From: Pseudomonadota bacterium | Lineage (GTDB): Bacteria; Pseudomonadota; Gammaproteobacteria; Methylococcales; Methylococcaceae | Length of the DNA stretch: 58,485 nucleotides | NCBI GenBank assembly: GCA_039795615.1 | Contig: JBDKLO010000149.1 | Coordinates: 1-58,485, forward strand | Direction: 5' to 3' | Shown: positions 38,930 through 49,177 of the stretch, piece after piece | How positions within the stretch are numbered: position 1 is the stretch's first letter | Layout of the letters: each line of letters starts with the position of its first letter | The notes under the pieces: generated by a model | What the model saw: only the letters and a program-made list of their open reading frames with translations | What the model was told of the DNA's origin: nothing | Databases searched by the model: none | Position numbers and translations under genes: made by a program

Positions 38930-39720
38930 GGCTCGACCTTGATGTGGAGCATCCCACCAAAGCCTGACGCTAGGGATAGTTGTGACGGTTTCTTTTGAAC
39001 AATGGTCATCAACAGGTTCATCATGGCTGAGCCAGGATGGCGGGCGGGAGTCGTACTGTTGGGGGACCCAGAGGTGTTTGTCTTCTCAATCTCAGAGCTT
39101 GAAGCGTAGCGAAGCGTCAGCCAGGCGATGGGCGAAGTGTCCTCCGCACCAAGGAGTAAAGCGCCTCCAACGGCATTATGAATCCTACGATGCAATGAAA
39201 TCGGGTGGGGCGGCGGGATGTCATAGGCCACCAGGAGGAGGTTACGTTGGCCCTCCGCGTAGCGAAGGCAACATTCGGCAAGACCGGCACCAAAGCTATC
39301 GTCATAGGCACAGAGACTGTCTGCCGGATAGGGGGATCCGCTGGCGATGCTCCAGTAACCTGCGGCTGCGTTATGGACCGAATTGTGAAAGGCCGTGGGT
39401 GATAAGGCCGTATCGCCTGCTGCCAGCATGCTGAAAATTTGATGGACCACCGTGACTTCGCCACCGGAAGAACAAAAAACAGCGCTCAGATCCTGAGTCT
39501 TGCGCTCGCCTGTGGCCTCCATCGCCAGATCCAGTGCTAATCGGGTGACCGGGGTGGCCCTCCGCCTTTCGGTTGCAGGAAGACATTGTCCAACGCCCTT
39601 GGGTTGTTCAGGAACTGGATCTCTTGGGATCACATAATCTGGCTTCTCCTGAAGCGCTTTCCAGCTTTCGATACCCGGCGCTCTGACTCCGATTCCACTG
39701 ATCGGAATTCTGATCATCAA
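38920..39720 (-). CDS. Ketosynthase-N-terminal-like protein (chain-length-factor-type partner)
   Basis: 266 aa with FHNSVHNAAAGYWSIA. It lacks the HGTGT and GHTLGAAG motifs seen in the adjacent KS. ATGA overlap with the KS gene. Confidence 0.7.
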   Translation of the reverse strand: MMIRIPISGIGVRAPGIESWKALQEKPDYVIPRDPVPEQPKGVGQCLPATERRRATPVTRLALDLAMEATGERKTQDLSAVFCSSGGEVTVVHQIFSMLAAGDTALSPTAFHNSVHNAAAGYWSIASGSPYPADSLCAYDDSFGAGLAECCLRYAEGQRNLLLVAYDIPPPHPISLHRRIHNAVGGALLLGAEDTSPIAWLTLRYASSSEIEKTNTSGSPNSTTPARHPGSAMMNLLMTIVQKKPSQLSLASGFGGMLHIKVEPCA

Positions 39721-40955
39721 GACGACCTCCCGAAGAGAAGGACCGCGTTGCTTCCTCCAAAGCCAAATGCATTGGTCAAGACATGTTGTGCCGTCTGTGC
39801 TTGGGGCTGCTTGAGGACCTTCGAGTGGATCTCCGGATCCTGGGTCACCAGATGGGCCGTGCCGGGATAAAAGCCTTCACGTAGAGAAAGACAGGCCACC
39901 ACGGCATTCATGATGCCGGCCGCTCCAAGGGTATGGCCGATCGCCCCCTTGATCGATGCACAGGCGCTTTTGTCGCCGAGGGTCTGGATGACGGCCTTGT
40001 CTTCAGAAAGATCATTGGCACGGGTACCCGTTCCATGCAGCAGCGTAAAGTCGATTTCGCTCGGTTTAAGGCCCGCGCGCTGAAGTCCATCGGCAATGGC
40101 GCGGGCTGCCCCAATCCCCTCAGGATGGGGGCTCGACATATGATAAGCATCGGAGCTTTCGCCGTATCCGATCAGACTGATGTCGTCTTCAGCATCGGAA
40201 GCGCGCGTCAGGACCATGAATCCCGCTCCCTCGCCAATGGATATGCCTTCACGGTTTTGATCCATCGGGCGGCTTGGCAGGGTCGCCACCAGATCCAGCG
40301 CCTTGAATCCGTAGAGCGTAGTCAGGCAAAGGCTGTCAGCGCCCCCTACGATGACGGCATCGCACCAACCTGCCTGAAGAAGACGGGCGGCCGAAGCAAA
40401 CACTTTGCTGCTGGAAGAGCAGGCGGTTGAAAGCACCCATGCGGGACCTGTTATGCCTAAAAGAGTCTGGACGAAGGCTGCTGGCGCTGCGGTGTTTTGC
40501 CGTTCGCGATAACGAAAATCATCGGGTAGCGGGCCATCTTTGGGATTGCGGCGACTATAGGCCCTTTCAGTCTCCAGAATACCCGACGTGCTGGTCCCGA
40601 GAATGACACCAATGCGGTCTGAGCCGAATCGACGGGTAAGGGCAGAAACCTTTTCCCGGAAGCCGTCCTGAGCAAGAGCGAGGTCAATAATTCGGTGATT
40701 TCGGGCGTCAAAATCACTCAGCCGGGAGGGGAGGCAATGTGTCTCAATGCCGGGGACTCGTCCAATCCAGGTCTCAAACTCGAGTCCAGGAAAATCCCCC
40801 GGGGTTAGTGCACTTTGTCCTGCTTGGAGTCCCGCCAGTGTGGGCCCGCAACCGGGTCCAAAGGCGTTGGTGAGTGTCATTGCCTCGACGGCAAGTCTCG
40901 GCATGGATCGGAGCTGGGGATGGAGGGACGAACTCGCCTTGTTTTCTTGCATCAC
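39717..40955 (-). CDS. Beta-ketoacyl-ACP synthase (KAS I/II type)
   Basis: Active-site STACSSS, HGTGTRANDLSE, GAIGHTLGAAG, NAFGFGGSNAVLLF. Confidence 0.9.
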   Translation of the reverse strand: MMQENKASSSLHPQLRSMPRLAVEAMTLTNAFGPGCGPTLAGLQAGQSALTPGDFPGLEFETWIGRVPGIETHCLPSRLSDFDARNHRIIDLALAQDGFREKVSALTRRFGSDRIGVILGTSTSGILETERAYSRRNPKDGPLPDDFRYRERQNTAAPAAFVQTLLGITGPAWVLSTACSSSSKVFASAARLLQAGWCDAVIVGGADSLCLTTLYGFKALDLVATLPSRPMDQNREGISIGEGAGFMVLTRASDAEDDISLIGYGESSDAYHMSSPHPEGIGAARAIADGLQRAGLKPSEIDFTLLHGTGTRANDLSEDKAVIQTLGDKSACASIKGAIGHTLGAAGIMNAVVACLSLREGFYPGTAHLVTQDPEIHSKVLKQPQAQTAQHVLTNAFGFGGSNAVLLFGRSS

Positions 40956-40977
40956 GCCATTATCGCGAATCGACCGA

Positions 40978-43278
40978 TTACTTGGCCAGCAGTGCGGCGA
41001 AAGTAACAGCCAAAAAAGCGCCTATGGAAACCGTCATCCCGATGGCCGAAAGCAGGGGCACACTCGCAAAGGCCAGCCCACCAAAGGCCAGAATGGAGCT
41101 TAAGCTGCAGAGCAGGATGGAAAGGTGTGTTCTTGCGCGTTCATGCGAATCGGAGCAGGGACGGTTAAAGAAGAGGGCTTGATCGAGGCTGAGGCCCATG
41201 ACCAGGAGTGTGGAAGCCAAGTGATAAATGTTGAGTCCATCGGACAGGAGGGCCATGATCAGACCCGTGCTCAGTGAGGCCAGTAACATGGGCGCCATGA
41301 CCCGAGAGGCCGCCCATAGGCTCCGAAGACCGAGAGCTAAAATACCCCATATCGTCACAAGTCCTGCCAAAAGCAGTCGGAAAGCTTCGATACGGTTCTC
41401 CCGGATCCGCTGCGTCATGACATCCTGAAGATCAATCAACTGGATCTCGGGATCCTGCAAGGTGCGAAGTGCCGTCCGGAGACTGTCAATCAGCGCAATT
41501 CCCTCAAGGGGAACAACGATCGCTGCACCCTCGGGTGTGGTGAAAATCTCCGCGTTGACTCTGGGTTCAAGGAAGGTGTCTTTGAATGTCTCATGCGAGA
41601 GAGGCGGAAGATTGGACGCTACCGAAAGATCCTGTATCAGGGGGGCAAATGCATGGGGCTTAAATGGGGTTCCTCTAAGCGCTTGATCGAGGACCACCAT
41701 CGCCACTTCAGGTGTTGGAAGGGAGCTTCTTCGAAGGGATTGCAATTTTTGGCTGGGAAGTATGTCGGTCACCAGGTCATAACCGTTGATGGCATGCAGG
41801 GTCACGAGATCGCTTAATACGGGCTTTAATTTCTCGCCACGTGCCAAGGCGTCCTCTTCGGTCGCGCCGGTGATCAGGACCAGCCACCGCATATCGGGTA
41901 CGCGGAATGCCCTTTGCAGCTGAAGATCCTTTTCCAGTCGAGAGGGACTGACGGGGTTAAGGGTTGCAAGGTCATCGTTAAATAGGGAGCGCCCACTGAC
42001 CTCAAACATAACTCCAAGGAAGATGGGGACTAGAACGCAAAATTGAAGCCGGCTTCTGCGGGAGATTTTTTGAATGGGGTTATGGGAAAGCGACGCCATC
42101 CAGAGGCCAAGCCCCGATGAGGGGGGTGATAGCTGCGGCAGAATGAAACGGGTGGACAGCCCGGCACCGAGGAGTCCTGCGGATGCAAAGACGCCAAGCT
42201 CCTGAAGGCCTTTGAAGCCAGAAAAGAACATCACCCCGAATCCTGCGATATTCGTCAGGATGCCGAGGCGCAGCGTAGGCCAGAGCCGCTGCATCGTGGT
42301 CTGGTTTGAGGTGTTTGAGTTGAGATGGGTAAAAAAATGGTTGGGATAGTCCGCCGCGACCCCCAAAAGGGTGCTGCCAAAACCGAGAGTAATGGCATGG
42401 ATGTCGCCATATTGGAGTCGAATAGCCAGGGCACCGGTCACTAATCCCGTGAGGAGGGGAATTAGGCCGAGGATCAGAATGCGCCAGGAACGGTAAACCA
42501 CCATTAAAAGGCTGCTGACCATGAGGGTGTTGGCTAAGGAGAGCCAGGTGGCCTCCCGGGTAATGCTGCGGTTGGTTTCAACCGCCAGGGCCCCGGCGCC
42601 ACCCAGTTTCAGGCTGAGTCCCGGAGGCGATGTTGCATCAAAGGCCGATTGAACTCGCTGCTGTGCGATGTCCTGAGATTCAAGATCAAAACCTGCTGTG
42701 CGAGTCTCGATGAGGACCAATGCAGCGGTTCCAGCACCATCGACCCAGTGCCCTGCAACCAGCTGTGGCATGGGCCCTGTGGTCAGTTGATCGAGGTATT
42801 GCTTCCAACGGCCTAAAGGATCCTTCTCGAGCCATCGTTCCTCGAGTCGGCCGGCGCCTGAGTAAAGCGCTGTGGCTCTTTGTTGCAGGGTGTGATGCAG
42901 AGAGGGAAGCTCCCAAAGATCCGGTGATGAGGGCGTCAGGATGAATCGGTAAGGAAACAGCCGTTCCTCCAGTTGGAAGAGGTCCTGAGGATCGATGCCG
43001 TTTTGAACGCGACTAAATTGATTCGAAGCACGAAGGTTCGAAACCAACGCATCGCTAGCCGCGAATTGTTCTTTTTCTGTGCCGCCGCTGATTTCAGCAA
43101 GCATCATGTGGCTTCCAGGGCCTTCCCGGGTGGCGGTGAGGAGAAGCTGAGCTTGGGGTTGCGTTGCCTTGGGAAGGAAGAAGGTCAGATCCGACGTGAT
43201 GGCGGTGTCTTGAGTCAGAACGTATCCCGCGAAAGCGAGATAGCAAAGCCAGGCCAGAAGGATCAGACGAGATTTCAC
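40978..43278 (-). CDS. MMPL/RND-superfamily membrane exporter
   Basis: 766 aa with two blocks of multiple TM helices separated by large soluble loops. Position and size match the exporter of aryl-polyene/xanthomonadin clusters. Confidence 0.75.
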   Translation of the reverse strand: MKSRLILLAWLCYLAFAGYVLTQDTAITSDLTFFLPKATQPQAQLLLTATREGPGSHMMLAEISGGTEKEQFAASDALVSNLRASNQFSRVQNGIDPQDLFQLEERLFPYRFILTPSSPDLWELPSLHHTLQQRATALYSGAGRLEERWLEKDPLGRWKQYLDQLTTGPMPQLVAGHWVDGAGTAALVLIETRTAGFDLESQDIAQQRVQSAFDATSPPGLSLKLGGAGALAVETNRSITREATWLSLANTLMVSSLLMVVYRSWRILILGLIPLLTGLVTGALAIRLQYGDIHAITLGFGSTLLGVAADYPNHFFTHLNSNTSNQTTMQRLWPTLRLGILTNIAGFGVMFFSGFKGLQELGVFASAGLLGAGLSTRFILPQLSPPSSGLGLWMASLSHNPIQKISRRSRLQFCVLVPIFLGVMFEVSGRSLFNDDLATLNPVSPSRLEKDLQLQRAFRVPDMRWLVLITGATEEDALARGEKLKPVLSDLVTLHAINGYDLVTDILPSQKLQSLRRSSLPTPEVAMVVLDQALRGTPFKPHAFAPLIQDLSVASNLPPLSHETFKDTFLEPRVNAEIFTTPEGAAIVVPLEGIALIDSLRTALRTLQDPEIQLIDLQDVMTQRIRENRIEAFRLLLAGLVTIWGILALGLRSLWAASRVMAPMLLASLSTGLIMALLSDGLNIYHLASTLLVMGLSLDQALFFNRPCSDSHERARTHLSILLCSLSSILAFGGLAFASVPLLSAIGMTVSIGAFLAVTFAALLAK

Positions 43279-43889
43279 CGGGTACCCAGGGTGAGGGTGC
43301 TGATACTGCCATCGAGGGCTTCAATGTACAGCTTTTTAAGATCGCCCTCCCGGCCTTCGATTCTGACCCGGCGAAGGCCCGATTCGTCTTGTTTGATGGG
43401 CAGGAGATTAATCTCCCATTGCCTTTGGGTGCCGCCGAGCGTGACATGCCAACGAGAGAGTAAATCCGCTTTATTGCCCATGAGCAGGCTCACCAGACTG
43501 GACCCGATGTACGCCAGCTCAGGGATTGCATCGGGCTTGAGGCTGAAGGTTTCACCGGTCGCTCCATCGGTCAGCCTGATCTCGGTGTTCGAGAGGAGAT
43601 AGGTTGAAACGACCGGACTCTCAACCCTTTTGATCAGCGTCTCAGGAGGAAGAAATTCGAGGACCCCGCGTGTCTCCAGGGGGGCTTTCAGTGCGGGAAT
43701 CGATCGAGATTCTTGATAGGGAATTTGGCTCAGATTTCGCTTCCTTAGGCCATCGAGCACCTGATCCAGGGTCCGGGCCGCAAGATGAGATGGCGGGATT
43801 TGTGCATAGGACGGGGTCGCGATGAGCCCCAGTCCAAGGTACAAAGTGAGTGCAAGCGTCGATTTAGGGAGCAAGTTCCCACACATCAT
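43275..43889 (-). CDS. LolA-like outer-membrane lipoprotein-carrier-fold protein
   Basis: Start moved to ATG 43889 (MMCGNLLPKSTLALTLYLGLGLIATPSYAQ signal peptide). Cluster position before the MMPL gene is typical. Confidence 0.6.
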   Translation of the reverse strand: MMCGNLLPKSTLALTLYLGLGLIATPSYAQIPPSHLAARTLDQVLDGLRKRNLSQIPYQESRSIPALKAPLETRGVLEFLPPETLIKRVESPVVSTYLLSNTEIRLTDGATGETFSLKPDAIPELAYIGSSLVSLLMGNKADLLSRWHVTLGGTQRQWEINLLPIKQDESGLRRVRIEGREGDLKKLYIEALDGSISTLTLGTR

Positions 43890-44754
43890 GAAAGTTGAAC
43901 CAGTTGTAGGGTGCACTTTTCGCGTAGTGCTCCAGATTTCGAGCATATTGCTCGGTGAGTTGCTTGATTCGGTGCTCCCGCTCTTCCCTGAGGCCACCGG
44001 TTTGAAATGAGAGCGGTTCGAAAATAATGTCATAGTGTCCCCAACTCCGCTTGAGACAGAAGAATTGGAGCAGGGGAATTTCAAGAATATCGGCAAGGTA
44101 GGGTGCCGTTGTCGGGAATAGGGCCGGTTCACCGAAAAATGGGCAGCTTAATGTTCTTTCGCCCGGCATCAGGCGATCGCCTAAAAGACCGATCATCAGG
44201 CCTTTGCGGACATCAGGCCACAGACCCAAAATGGCTGAAGGGCCGGGTACGGTAATAATGTCTTCATGGAGACTGGGATTGAGTTCTTGAAAAATCCGCA
44301 CTATCTGGGGTGTCGCATCGCCGAACATGACCGCCTTGACACGGTATCCACCCCGGGTCCGCCCAATCATCCGAAGGATGTCAAAGCCTCCAAGGTGGGA
44401 TCCGACTAGAATCCCGCCGATCCCCTGATCCCTGACGCGCTCCAGATGCTCAAGGCCTTTCAGATGAATCGTAATGCCTTCATCCTTTTCCGTCAGTATG
44501 GCCAGGCGGTCCAGAAGTGAGCAGGCGAAGGTATGGTACTGCCTGAAATAATCACGAAATCCCGGTTCTCGTCCTAGGGCATGGCGAAAAAACTTGCAGG
44601 ATGCGGAGCGGGTCCGGTTGTTGATGATCAGGAAGTAGAGGCTGATCGGATAGAGCAGGACTCTTGAGACAGATCGCCCCAGACGTCGGGTGATCGCGAT
44701 GATGCATTGGATCCAGAACTCATTGCTGCGCTCAGGTAGGTGCTGCCATTGCAT
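43864..44754 (-). CDS. LpxL/HtrB-like lysophospholipid/lipid A-type acyltransferase
   Basis: 296 aa. ILVGSHLGGFD and the general layout of late-acyltransferase family members found in aryl-polyene clusters. Confidence 0.7.
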   Translation of the reverse strand: MQWQHLPERSNEFWIQCIIAITRRLGRSVSRVLLYPISLYFLIINNRTRSASCKFFRHALGREPGFRDYFRQYHTFACSLLDRLAILTEKDEGITIHLKGLEHLERVRDQGIGGILVGSHLGGFDILRMIGRTRGGYRVKAVMFGDATPQIVRIFQELNPSLHEDIITVPGPSAILGLWPDVRKGLMIGLLGDRLMPGERTLSCPFFGEPALFPTTAPYLADILEIPLLQFFCLKRSWGHYDIIFEPLSFQTGGLREEREHRIKQLTEQYARNLEHYAKSAPYNWFNFHDVWELAP

Positions 44755-44757
44755 GGC

Positions 44758-45069
44758 TCAGTCCTTGGGGGAGTGCTGAAGGAAGAGGATCCCTGAGGCC
44801 ACTTCTCGATCGTCGACTTCAACCTTGAATCGAAGGCCCATGGGGCTCTGCGAATAAGTCACATGGGCCAACTCATGGCCTCTTAGGGGCGACTTGAACT
44901 TGATTTCTTTCAGTGCCGCCGAGTGGAAATCTTCTGCGGCGAACAACTCGCAACCTAAAAGGACATGATCCAGGAGTAAGGCGCCTGGAACGAGAGGGTT
45001 TCCGGGGAAATGATCCACCAGTGCCGGATGATTCGCCGGGATCATGAAGTCATAGCGCATCGGTTCCAT
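44758..45069 (-). CDS. FabZ/FabA-like hot-dog dehydratase
   Basis: HPALVDHFPGNPLVPGALLLD is the FabZ-type catalytic His region. Length 103 aa. Confidence 0.75.
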   Translation of the reverse strand: MEPMRYDFMIPANHPALVDHFPGNPLVPGALLLDHVLLGCELFAAEDFHSAALKEIKFKSPLRGHELAHVTYSQSPMGLRFKVEVDDREVASGILFLQHSPKD

Positions 45070-45072
45070 CGA

Positions 45073-45690
45073 TCAGTTCATCCCTTTCCAGTCTGTTTCA
45101 GCCAGCCGGGTCAAGAAATGCCGAATCGAATGACGGGGTTCGTTGGGCATGCGAAATCGTCGATAGAAGGGCTCAATGACCAGAAATACAAAGATCAGGA
45201 CAGGGGCCAGCGTATTTCCCATCATCCAGGGCCAGGGGCCTGGGATAGCGATCACCAGAATCGCCTGATTGAGTCCCAGAAAGGCGAAGAGCAAGGACCA
45301 TACCCGCGTCAACCCGGTGGTATAAGCCATGGCATCGTCGGAGAAGGGGGCATTCGGCCCCCTGATGCGACGGGCCATCTGGGTAATCAGTGGGGTTTGA
45401 TGGGGAGCCAGTGATCGATGAAAGTAGCGTGAAATCAGCAGGAAAATCAGTCCTGGAAAGAGTGCGCTGAACTCTGGATGGATCATCGAGAGGGTCACGA
45501 TCAAAGTAAATATGGCCAGCAGCATCCAATAACTGGCGTTCCCTCGAAGCCCAACAAGGAGGGCCAGGCAAATCAACACATCCGGCAGAGAGAGCCAGGC
45601 CAGATTGAAGCGCCCCGATTGAATCCCGATCATGCTGCCTATCGGAAAGGCAATGGCCAGACCCATGCCGATGACGGCGCGAAGTCGCAC
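45073..45690 (-). CDS. Integral membrane protein of the polyene cluster
   Basis: 205 aa, 5-6 predicted TM helices. The start abuts the ACP stop. Confidence 0.55.
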   Translation of the reverse strand: MRLRAVIGMGLAIAFPIGSMIGIQSGRFNLAWLSLPDVLICLALLVGLRGNASYWMLLAIFTLIVTLSMIHPEFSALFPGLIFLLISRYFHRSLAPHQTPLITQMARRIRGPNAPFSDDAMAYTTGLTRVWSLLFAFLGLNQAILVIAIPGPWPWMMGNTLAPVLIFVFLVIEPFYRRFRMPNEPRHSIRHFLTRLAETDWKGMN

Positions 45691-45957
45691 TCAGTCAGCC
45701 CGCCGATCTAGAACCGTCGAACAAAGAGAGCGTAAGGAGGTAAATATCCGGGTAATGTCAGGATCATCGGACTTGATCTGGACGCCATAGCGTTTGGAGA
45801 GAAGGACCGATATTTCCAGAAGATCAATTGAATCGAGGCCCAGCCCATCCTGATAGAGGGGCGCCTCAGGCTCGATATCCCCGGGTAAGACCTCAAGGTT
45901 GAGTGACTCTACCAGCAGGGTGGCAATTTCCAGTTCTAGGTCGGTCTGTTTCGACAT
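45691..45957 (-). CDS. Acyl carrier protein
   Basis: 88 aa, acidic, with the phosphopantetheine site GLGLDSIDLLEI. Confidence 0.85.
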   Translation of the reverse strand: MSKQTDLELEIATLLVESLNLEVLPGDIEPEAPLYQDGLGLDSIDLLEISVLLSKRYGVQIKSDDPDITRIFTSLRSLCSTVLDRRAD

Positions 45958-45985
45958 GTCTTAAACGATTGATGATGTAGCCGGA

Positions 45986-46984
45986 CTAACAAAAAATGGT
46001 CCCTTCGATTTCCACCATCAGATCTTTACGACAGATATCGCCCTGCAGGTAAACGATCCGGGAATCTGGATGGAGGTGATCGGTAATCAAGGGGCGGATC
46101 AGATCAATGTCGGCAGGATTCCGAATGTAGACCACCCAGGAGGCCGCCGCCCCCAGTGTCTGCATGGATGGATAGTGCGCGCATTCCAAAAGCGTCGATA
46201 GGTTGTCCAGGGTGACGCGCGTTTGCATCTCGGGGTCGGTGGGAGCGATTGTCTCATGTCCAATGATGCTGGCAGTCCCAGACAAAAACAGCTGCCGCCC
46301 CTGCTCAGATGAATGGATGACGGCACGGGAGAACGAGGGGCTGCGGGGTCCATAGGTTCGGGGGTAACGGTAGGCACTCACCTGACGTGGATTCTCCAGC
46401 GTCGTCATGTCGCCATTTCCGGCGAGAAAATGAATGACCAACGGACCTTCTTTGCTGCCGACCGCTGAGGCTGCGGGCAAGTCGGAGGACATGCGGTATC
46501 CCGATGAGGCCAGCACATCGTGACGCGCTCGGGAGAAGAGCCGGTAGCGTTCGATGCCCTCATCTTCTCCATTGATTTGCGGGAAAAAATTCCAGAGCCG
46601 AATCAATCGGAATCCTGGATGTTGCTGAATGGTCTTCTGGATCGAACGGTACGCTTGCTTTGTCGCCTGTTCGATTCTTTCTGATGGCAGACGGACCGTA
46701 CCGAAAAGGAGGTGGTCGGTTTGGGTCAGCGTCAAACTGTCTGAAGGGTGGGTTACCCGGGGCGCTTGATCTGAAATCCAGGCGGTTGCCTCGCAGGATG
46801 GGTCTAGTGGTGCCAGTGGAATACCAAAATCACGGGTACCCAGTTGGGTGCCGCCAAAGTCCATCAAGGCAAGGACATGCTCACCCGCTTGCATGACAAG
46901 GGGTTTTCCCCCGAGGTGGCGAAGTTCAAGGCGCCCTGAAAGGCCCATCTTGGGGTCAATATCCGTTTTTCTGATGGCCAGCAT
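45986..46984 (-). CDS. FkbO/Hyg5-type chorismatase with a RidA-like C-terminus (XanB2-like hydroxybenzoate synthase candidate)
   Basis: 332 aa. LFLSGTASIIGHETIAPTDPEMQTRVTLDNL and the C-terminal MVEIEG resemble the chorismatase/YjgF-fold family annotated as pteridine-dependent deoxygenase-like in Xanthomonas pigment clusters. Confidence 0.65.
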   Translation of the reverse strand: MLAIRKTDIDPKMGLSGRLELRHLGGKPLVMQAGEHVLALMDFGGTQLGTRDFGIPLAPLDPSCEATAWISDQAPRVTHPSDSLTLTQTDHLLFGTVRLPSERIEQATKQAYRSIQKTIQQHPGFRLIRLWNFFPQINGEDEGIERYRLFSRARHDVLASSGYRMSSDLPAASAVGSKEGPLVIHFLAGNGDMTTLENPRQVSAYRYPRTYGPRSPSFSRAVIHSSEQGRQLFLSGTASIIGHETIAPTDPEMQTRVTLDNLSTLLECAHYPSMQTLGAAASWVVYIRNPADIDLIRPLITDHLHPDSRIVYLQGDICRKDLMVEIEGTIFC

Positions 46985-46987
46985 GTC

Positions 46988-48256
46988 TCAAGGCGTCACA
47001 GGACGAGCCAACCCCAGCCGGATCAGCAGGGACTTGATTCGATATACCAATTGAAAGACCAGCAAAGGGCGATCAATGGGCGTTTTTCTGAAAAGATCGC
47101 CCGCGAGGACCGAAATGATCCCGCGGCGCATGCCGAAAAAGTCGCGGGGATTCATAAAAAGATCGCGAATGGCCGGGGTTGTGACCCGATAAATGAACCA
47201 GGCAAATCGATCCAACCCTTGCCGGATCTCGGTTTCGTAGTACCGAAGCGCACGCTGATCCATTTCCGGATTTTCAAGGATCGTTGCAACCGTCTCGCTG
47301 GCTCGAAACGCCCCATGTAGGGCAAGGTGGACCCCGCTCGAGAAGACCGGATCAATGAACGCATAGGCGTCGCCGACGAGAACGTAGTTGCGACCGGACA
47401 TGCGAGTGGAGCGGTAAGAATAATTGCCGGTACCGGTAACGGGCGTTGACCGTTTCGCCATCTGAAGGCGTTGTGAGACCCCAGGACACATGGCAATGGT
47501 GTCTGCCATGAAGTCTTCCAGAGGCACTGTCCGGGACTTGAGGTACTCGGGTTTGAGGACAGCTCCGACGCTCATGGTGTCTCCCTTGAGCGGAATCATC
47601 CAGAACCAGCCTTTGTCGAACCAATAGATGGCGATATTGCCTTCGGCTTCACCGTTATTGCGCAGCGCCCCTTCGTAGTGGGCATACATGGCCGCGCTTT
47701 TGTGTTTAGGGTTCTTTTTCTTGGAGCCTAAAGCACTGGCCAGAAAAGTGTCGCGTCCTGTGGCGTCAACAAAAAAACGTGCCCTGAAGGTGATCCGGTT
47801 GCCGGCCGCATCGAACCCGGAAACCGATTCGAGACGATCGTCTTCAAAGGTTGCCTGATCGACTCGGCAACCCTCCATGAGCGTTACCCCGTATGTTCCG
47901 GCATTTCGGAAGAGGATCTCGTCAAATTCTGAACGACGGACCTCGTAGGCATAGGGGTAATCATCCCTGACCGCTTCCGCAAAGGGAAAGGCGATGTGGC
48001 GTCCGTGATAGACCGAATGAAATTCCGCGGCGTACTTTCGAAGGCCAATCGCGTCGACTTCATCAAGAACCCCAAGATCTTCCAGATAGGGAAGGCTCAG
48101 AGGTAAAAGACTTTCACCGATGTGAAACCGCGGGTGGTAGTCCTTTTCAATCAAAGTGGTGCGATAGCCCATGCGGGCAAGCCGCGTCGCGGTGGCCGAT
48201 CCTGCAGGTCCTCCACCCATAACGAGGACGTCGCTGTCGTTCTGATGTGGTTCCAT
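46988..48256 (-). CDS. Flavin-dependent halogenase
   Basis: FAD loop VMGGGPAGSATA and the halogenase signature WxWxIP (GWFWMIPL). Start moved to ATG 48256 (MEPHQND). Confidence 0.75.
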   Translation of the reverse strand: MEPHQNDSDVLVMGGGPAGSATATRLARMGYRTTLIEKDYHPRFHIGESLLPLSLPYLEDLGVLDEVDAIGLRKYAAEFHSVYHGRHIAFPFAEAVRDDYPYAYEVRRSEFDEILFRNAGTYGVTLMEGCRVDQATFEDDRLESVSGFDAAGNRITFRARFFVDATGRDTFLASALGSKKKNPKHKSAAMYAHYEGALRNNGEAEGNIAIYWFDKGWFWMIPLKGDTMSVGAVLKPEYLKSRTVPLEDFMADTIAMCPGVSQRLQMAKRSTPVTGTGNYSYRSTRMSGRNYVLVGDAYAFIDPVFSSGVHLALHGAFRASETVATILENPEMDQRALRYYETEIRQGLDRFAWFIYRVTTPAIRDLFMNPRDFFGMRRGIISVLAGDLFRKTPIDRPLLVFQLVYRIKSLLIRLGLARPVTP

Positions 48257-48328
48257 GAACACTGCGCCGATGAGAGGAGGGCAAGAGATAGAATAGAAGG
48301 TCTCCATTCTACATCAGGGTTCTCAGGT

Positions 48329-49177
48329 ATGCCTTCTGAACTGGAGCGCGATCCCCAAGGTGGGGCCCCCACAAAAAGACCCTATCGCCTCTCCTGGCTC
48401 ATATCCCTCTCCGTGATCCTTCACGGCTTAGGGCTTTTGATGCTGATCTGGCAGTTTTCGAGCTGGCCACTGGTGATTGGTGTGTTGTTGATCGACCACC
48501 TTATATTGACGCTGGTCGGCCTATGGCCTCGCAGTACGCTTTTAGGCCCGAATACCATCTGTCTCTCCCAGGGGCCTTCAGATGTTGTGTATCTGACCTT
48601 CGATGACGGTCCGAATCCGAAGCTTACCCCCCAGGTCCTCGATCTACTGGATCAATATCACTGTCTTGCTACATTCTTCGTGATCGGTCAGCACGTCCGT
48701 GAATATCCCGATCTGACCAGAGAAATACTTCGTCGCGGTCATGCGATCGGAAATCACAGCGATACCCATGCCTACACCTTTGCGATGCACAGTATTCGTG
48801 GCTATACGGAGGAGTTGGAGACATCGCAGCAGGCCATCTTTGATGCAACGGGCACCTGGCCCCGATATTTCAGGGCGCCCTTCGGATTCAGAAGTCCACT
48901 TCTGGAGCCGGCACTTTGTCGCACCGGCCTGCATCTGATGTCCTGGACGCGCCGGGGATTTGATACGCGTTGCCGTTCATCGAGGAAAGTGCTGGAGCGT
49001 CTGACCCAGAATCTCTCCAGTGGCGACATCCTGCTTTTGCACGATGGGCCCTATGGCTTGGATCAGGCGGAGGGGGCAATGGTGCTTCAGGTGCTTCCCG
49101 ACTTGCTTTCCTTTCTGAAGCAAAAAGGGCTGCGGTCGGCTGCTGTGGCGCACGCATTGGATAACGCGAATCAATGA
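48329..49177 (+). CDS. NodB-type polysaccharide deacetylase with an N-terminal membrane anchor
   Basis: VYLTFDDGPNP, ATFFVIG, GHAIGNHSDTH. Start moved to ATG 48329; the upstream ORF-track extension is antisense to the halogenase gene. Confidence 0.85.
   Translation: MPSELERDPQGGAPTKRPYRLSWLISLSVILHGLGLLMLIWQFSSWPLVIGVLLIDHLILTLVGLWPRSTLLGPNTICLSQGPSDVVYLTFDDGPNPKLTPQVLDLLDQYHCLATFFVIGQHVREYPDLTREILRRGHAIGNHSDTHAYTFAMHSIRGYTEELETSQQAIFDATGTWPRYFRAPFGFRSPLLEPALCRTGLHLMSWTRRGFDTRCRSSRKVLERLTQNLSSGDILLLHDGPYGLDQAEGAMVLQVLPDLLSFLKQKGLRSAAVAHALDNANQ

Noticed and set aside
43890-44132. Long N-terminal extensions in the ORF track for several genes: LolA-like 43890-44132, deacetylase 48122-48328, trmB 34883-35101, apt 25576-25653, dxs 27461-27499, lipoprotein hydrolase 16960-17025, eda 10080-10124.
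   Set aside because: In each case an internal ATG gives the family-typical N-terminus or signal peptide and removes a large overlap with the neighbouring gene.
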